Shown here: in pieces, positions 59,604 to 64,000 of the stretch
How the letters are laid out: every line of letters begins with the position of its first letter
How positions within the stretch are numbered: position 1 is the stretch's first letter
NCBI GenBank assembly: GCA_963667845.2
Contig: CAXXVL010000002.1
Coordinates: forward strand, 3,392,001-3,456,000
Length of the DNA: 64,000 bases
Source: Smithellaceae bacterium
Lineage (GTDB): Bacteria > Desulfobacterota > Syntrophia > Syntrophales > Smithellaceae
Reading direction: 5' to 3'
The notes under the pieces: model-generated
Seen by the model: the letters and a program-made list of their open reading frames with translations, nothing else
Told to the model about the DNA's origin: nothing
Database searches by the model: none
Made by a program: the position numbers and the translations under genes

Positions 59604-60947
59604 TCAATTTTGACGGGAACCTGTCGCACAGTTGTTTTTCTGACTTTCCCGGATCATTTCGTCCACGATTTTTTGTTGCGTTGGAATGGATTGCTCGGCA
59701 AAACGGGGATCCTTCCTGCCGTACTTCGCTTTAATGAACGAAATGGATTCCCGCGCGCTCTTTAGTTGGATCGCAATGGTGCCGCATTTATCCAGTCCCC
59801 AGCGGGCTTCGAGTGTAGCTTCCGGGTCCGAAGATAACCATTTATAATTCTCAAGTACGTATTGCAAAGTCACAAACCGGTCAGGAAAAATTTGCAGCCG
59901 GACCTTCGCCATTTTATCGAGAATGGCATTCCTGTCCAAATGGTTTTCTGTGATGATCTCTTCAAGATGATCCACCATAACGCTGATAAACTCATCCCGG
60001 TCGGGAGTGCTGTGAATTGCCCATAAGCGGGACTCTTCCGGACAAGGAACTTTGTGACATTTCTTATAGCCGTCAAGAACAACGGGTATTCTTTCAGTCA
60101 GCCGGCCGATGATCGTATTGATTGCTTTTTCCGCCTTTTCATTGGGATCATAAACCTTCGGATCGATCCGCCTGGCTATGGCTTCCAGAAAGTCGCTGTA
60201 TCCGAAAGCGAAAGCCGTGGAATACTGTTCCGTGGAATAGAAGGGATGCTCCTTCACGGGAAGATAATGCCACTGTCCGCCCGTCTTTATCGGCCACCGA
60301 AATTTGAGCAAACCGGACATGTTATCACCGCCCGGATCCGGTAAGATGAGATCCCTGAGATGCAATTTCTGGATCCTTGCCGGCGAGCCTGCTTCCAGCG
60401 TCTGGACGGGATGCGTCGTACTTCCATCCATGACGATTCGGTTGACGATGCCGGCATGGTCCTCCGCGATCAGGAAAACGGTTCCGGGCGTCACGGAGTC
60501 TGCGCCAATGTAAATAGGATAGGTGTCAGCGGGCAGGGTTCGCGTCGCTGTAATCGACAGCATGTGCAACAAGGCGGCCCGAAACCGACGGTCTTTATCC
60601 CACGTCGCGCCGGTCGGGAGATGCGCCCAGTCTCTTGACCAGTGCCCCATCAGCCGGTTATCACCTGTCGTTGCAGCTGCCGGCAGATGGGCGATGCGCG
60701 CATAAATCCAGCGGAGCGCATAAGGCACATCGGCGCAGTCCACGCGAATGTCATGGCGAATAAAGAAGTCTGCTGCAACATTTACTTCTATCCACTTGCT
60801 GTATTTATCTTCCTCTTGAATCGTCCACCGGCGCTCACCGACCTTCCAAACCTGAGAGTCGGATTCACGGGCATCAAAGCAAAATGCAGACCCCGTCATG
60901 AATGTGAATAATGCAAGAAATATAGAAATCGAACGAAAAGAAAACAT
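59604..60947 (-). CDS. Secreted hypothetical protein, paralogue 2 (cryptic NlpC/P60-like)
   Basis: Signal peptide; DCAD...PGTVFL..DHAGIV...LEAG. Confidence 0.75.
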   Translation of the reverse strand: MFSFRSISIFLALFTFMTGSAFCFDARESDSQVWKVGERRWTIQEEDKYSKWIEVNVAADFFIRHDIRVDCADVPYALRWIYARIAHLPAAATTGDNRLMGHWSRDWAHLPTGATWDKDRRFRAALLHMLSITATRTLPADTYPIYIGADSVTPGTVFLIAEDHAGIVNRIVMDGSTTHPVQTLEAGSPARIQKLHLRDLILPDPGGDNMSGLLKFRWPIKTGGQWHYLPVKEHPFYSTEQYSTAFAFGYSDFLEAIARRIDPKVYDPNEKAEKAINTIIGRLTERIPVVLDGYKKCHKVPCPEESRLWAIHSTPDRDEFISVMVDHLEEIITENHLDRNAILDKMAKVRLQIFPDRFVTLQYVLENYKWLSSDPEATLEARWGLDKCGTIAIQLKSARESISFIKAKYGRKDPRFAEQSIPTQQKIVDEMIRESQKNNCATGSRQN

Positions 60948-61276
60948 TGGGCAATCCGTTTATTGAAACTCTATTAATATCATCCTCGTCAGTCGGGCAC
61001 CTTCCGCAAGCTCCCCGGAAATCAATGATCCGTGGCGGACCTCGGATCGGCAATGTGCGGTTACTTCCCGGGCTGACTCTCCTTTTATGCAATCACCGCT
61101 TTATTCTTTGCGAAATAGTCATCGGACGGATTGAACATGGAATCTTTATTGATATATTGTTTTCAGCCCATCTCCGCCGAACGTCAAACAGGTTACGGAC
61201 GCAAAGATCATTGTTTTAAAAATATATCTATCTTTTGAATAATCAAGGGGAGAGAAACGAAAAAGATGAATCCGAA

Positions 61277-61400
61277 TGGGGCAAGGCGCCTCTCCATGCG
61301 GAGCTTCTGGAAAAAGTTGCGCACATTTACTGTCTGGCGCTTTCCACAGGGAAAACGATTACGACGCTCCAGGCGTCGACGATTGATTCTATTGCTCCTT
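61277..61400 (+). pseudogene. Probable C-terminal remnant of a class II aldolase/adducin family gene
   Basis: KAPLHAELLEKVAHIYCLALSTGKTITTL resembles the AE.LE..A.IY..AL..G helix; no N-terminal part present. Confidence 0.45.
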
Positions 61401-61502
61401 CACGCCGTTTGGAAGCCGGGGACGCGCCGCAGAACGGCAGTAAATAAAGCCGTGCTGCACACGCGCAGGCAAAAATGGAAATCAGTCAACCGGCGCCGAG
61501 CC

Positions 61503-62579
61503 CTATCGATTCCGGTATAATTTCCCCCGAGAGGCAAATCCGTTAAAGAGCGCTCCCTGCATTCTGCCGACGTCAGTCAGAATCTCGCATGTGATCTCGT
61601 CGAGAAAAGCCAGTTTGGGCAGATTCTCGTCTTTGAAAAGCACTTTTACCGCGTCCCTGGAACTGCGGTTGCTACAGGCCGCAGCATCCAGTTGAGTGAC
61701 TTCATCGTTCTCGGCAAAAGCATCCAGGAGTTCCCGGCCGAACCGATCCAGCAAATGATAGAATATGGGATTATGCCTCTTTTTACACCGTTTAATATAG
61801 GCTTGCAGTCCGGCATCCGTATCTTCGCTCTGTCCTTCCCTCGCCCCCTGCAGCAGGGCCTGTTTGAACGGTTCAAAGCCCTCGCGAAAACGGCGCTCTA
61901 CATAGATTTCATAACTTTGATGCAGGGCGGATACAATTCTCAAAATTTCGTGCCGCGTAAAATAATTCCTGACAAGAAATGAACCGGGCAATCCCTTGAC
62001 GTGAAAGGGATGCCCGAGATCAGCCAGATAGTGCGCACCGCGTGCAAGATAGCGCCAGCCCCAGTAGTCTTCGCGGTTTTCAAAGGCCAATGCCGCCAGA
62101 TCTCTATGAACGCGGAAAGATTGCGGCGCGATGCCGTAAGTTGTTCCCATCAGCTTAAAATACATGTGCCGCCACCCATGTGAGCCCCCGGTGATTCGCT
62201 GATTCTTATGCAGTATCAGATCATCGTCCGTATAGAGATCGGGCTCTGTGCTGTAAATGACAAGAATTTTCCAGGGCTCAATCGTCCTTCCGGAAGGTAT
62301 TTGCAGAGCAAAATCGCCGTTTCTTTTTTTGTGATCAAAAGACCAGAACGGGTCCAGTTGACGATGAATCTGATAACTCTCCTTGTAAACATCGATGTGT
62401 TTTGGACCGGTGGGCCAACGTTTCTCGCCGTAACCCGGATTTGCCTTTACGGATACGGAAGGCAAGGACATGAGATCATCTGAGGCCTGCACGGAAAAGT
62501 AGGCAAGATACTCGTGGGCAAACCAGGGAGACCAGGCCTCGGGCATAGCGGGATCATTGTGGAGATAATCATTCAACAT
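61503..62579 (-). CDS. Zn-dependent phospholipase C / S1-P1 nuclease fold protein
   Basis: WS...H, EPD, HGWRH, HYLADLGHPFH, HQSYE. Confidence 0.7.
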   Translation of the reverse strand: MLNDYLHNDPAMPEAWSPWFAHEYLAYFSVQASDDLMSLPSVSVKANPGYGEKRWPTGPKHIDVYKESYQIHRQLDPFWSFDHKKRNGDFALQIPSGRTIEPWKILVIYSTEPDLYTDDDLILHKNQRITGGSHGWRHMYFKLMGTTYGIAPQSFRVHRDLAALAFENREDYWGWRYLARGAHYLADLGHPFHVKGLPGSFLVRNYFTRHEILRIVSALHQSYEIYVERRFREGFEPFKQALLQGAREGQSEDTDAGLQAYIKRCKKRHNPIFYHLLDRFGRELLDAFAENDEVTQLDAAACSNRSSRDAVKVLFKDENLPKLAFLDEITCEILTDVGRMQGALFNGFASRGKLYRNR

Positions 62580-62637
62580 CTTTATTCCTTTTGATGAGAT
62601 CGTCGTCGAAAAGCCTGCTCAATGCAAATATTTAATC

Positions 62638-62740
62638 AATCAACCCCCTCGCAGCAAGCTGTCGAGATATGAAATGAACGTCATTATTTCGCAGCAAGCG
62701 ACAGGGAATTAACGCTCGTCCCGCTTAAGCTCGATTAAAG
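62638..62740 (+). repeat. Dispersed ~105-bp hairpin element, copy 2
   Basis: AATCAACCCCCTCGCAGCAAGCTGTCGAG...GAAATGAACGTCATTATTTCGCAGCAAGC...GAATTAACGCTCGTCCCGC...GATTAAAG. Confidence 0.85.
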
Positions 62741-62956
62741 CAATTTACAAACGGACAGCCTCTTGACAGCGCCGCAGAGGTTACACCAAATCCGTTAGAT
62801 TTAAAATCATTTTCCTTTCTTGCGTGCAGTTTTCATCATCGTTTCGGATCGCAATTGAATTGGCGAAACATGCTTTCAATCGCCTTGCAGACATAAATAT
62901 AATCCTTGATTTTCCAATGATCCTGATATAGAACGCGTCAACACTAAGAATAAGGA

Positions 62957-63003
62957 CTCCCCTTGCTCCTGAACTAAATCAGGGGCTTTAGAGCCGAAAG
63001 GAG
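62957..63003 (+). promoter_or_regulatory. S6:S18 ribosomal protein autoregulatory leader (likely)
   Basis: CTCCCCTT-GCTCCTGA/TCAGGGGC hairpin, then a CCG just before the AAGGAG RBS of rpsF. Confidence 0.6.
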
Positions 63004-63008
63004 AAATT

Positions 63009-63479
63009 TTGAAAAGATACGAAGTTATAGCTATTGTCAAAACGGATGTGTCGGAAGAAGATTTGACAGCCATCATGGACCGGTCTTCCAACATCATCAC
63101 CGAACGTAAAGGGGTCATCGCCAAAGCTGAAAAATGGGGCAAACGGCGTCTGGCCTACGAAATCAACAAACAAAAAGACGGGTTCTATTTCTTCATCGAC
63201 TATGCCGGTGACGGCTCCATCGTGGCTGAAATGGAAAGAAATTTTAAAATCGACGACCGCATTTTGAAGTTCATGACCGTGACCAAAGAAGGCGCCACAA
63301 CCCGTGAAGGGATGGAATCGGAAGTCGTCGCGGCGGAAGTGAAACGCACGTCGATCCGCATAGAAACTGATAATTCGGCGGCAAACCGGGATGATAAGCC
63401 GGCCGGCGACGCAAGACCCGCAAGGCCGACATTCAAAAAAGCAATTACCCGGGAAGACATTGCCCCGAAAGGAGAATAA
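63009..63479 (+). CDS. rpsF: 30S ribosomal protein S6 with a ~60-aa C-terminal extension (TTG start)
   Basis: [28 protein letters not shown]. Confidence 0.96.
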   Translation: MKRYEVIAIVKTDVSEEDLTAIMDRSSNIITERKGVIAKAEKWGKRRLAYEINKQKDGFYFFIDYAGDGSIVAEMERNFKIDDRILKFMTVTKEGATTREGMESEVVAAEVKRTSIRIETDNSAANRDDKPAGDARPARPTFKKAITREDIAPKGE

Positions 63480-63481
63480 TC

Positions 63482-63769
63482 ATGGCTATAACGAACGGCG
63501 ACAGACCCGACAGACCCGAAAGACCATCACGTCCGCCCCAGAAGAAATTTTTCCACAGAAAGAAATTCTGCCGCTTCTGCACGGACTCCAATATTAAAAT
63601 TGATTACAAAAACCCGGTCATTCTCAATAATTTTGTGACGGAGCGCGGTAAAATCATGCCCAGAAGAATTACGGGGAACTGCGCGTATCACCAAAGAGAA
63701 CTGACGGTCGCGGTTAAAAGAGCCCGCACCATCGCCATTATGCCTTTTGTCACTGCTGAAGGCCGATAG
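63482..63769 (+). CDS. rpsR: 30S ribosomal protein S18 (Zn-binding form)
   Basis: [31 protein letters not shown]. Confidence 0.97.
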   Translation: MAITNGDRPDRPERPSRPPQKKFFHRKKFCRFCTDSNIKIDYKNPVILNNFVTERGKIMPRRITGNCAYHQRELTVAVKRARTIAIMPFVTAEGR

Positions 63770-63782
63770 TTTTTTTCATCAG

Positions 63783-63824
63783 ACCGGCCGGCTTTGTCCT
63801 CGCGGATGAGAGCCGGCCGGTTTT
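63783..63824 (+). terminator. Terminator-like hairpin after rpsR
   Basis: ACCGGCCGGCT...AGCCGGCCGGT-TTT. Confidence 0.7.
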
Positions 63825-63853
63825 GATTTTACCCAAGCGAATTTATTGAATTA

Positions 63854-63957
63854 AGTCAACAACCTCGCAGTAAGCTATCGAGGGTATGAAATGAACGTCA
63901 ATATGCCGCAGCAAGCGACAGAGAATTAACGCTCGTCCCCAAGTGAGCGGGATTAAG
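63854..63957 (+). repeat. Dispersed ~105-bp hairpin element, copy 3
   Basis: AGTCAACAACCTCGCAGTAAGCTATCGAGG...GAAATGAACGTCA...CGCAGCAAGCGAC...GAATTAACGCTCGTCCC...GCGGGATTAAG. Confidence 0.85.
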
Positions 63958-64000
63958 TCCATTACCTATTTTTCAACGCAGGTTATTTTTCTTGACAAAT

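Overview
64-kb window of bacterial chromosome. Gene content and order suggest an anaerobic deltaproteobacterium, probably Syntrophales/Smithella-like (inference). Most of it is housekeeping and metabolism: a TetR-AcrAB-OprM efflux locus; the valS-nadC-(abfD)-birA-coaX-coaE-gamma carbonic anhydrase run; mutL-miaA; ileS-lspA; an anaerobic glycerol operon glpK-glpABC; HU-trpS-scpAB-rluB-ihf; sodB; a zur-znuACB operon; an amidase; a MetF-MetV-type fusion; tRNA-Arg(CCG); and rpsF-rpsR. No CRISPR array, prophage, integrase or transposase is visible. The most unusual signals are non-coding. A ~105-bp hairpin-bearing element occurs three times in the same orientation (29911, 62638, 63854) and looks like fused IS200/IS605 ends. 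There are also two MITE-like elements abutting TAG stop codons, REP-like long hairpins, heptamer tracts, and a Zur box inside the zur coding sequence. A decaying accessory patch after the tRNA carries a CoA-transferase pseudogene and two tandem secreted paralogues with a cryptic NlpC/P60/CHAP-like catalytic triad. All calls come from reading motifs by eye; no database searches were run.
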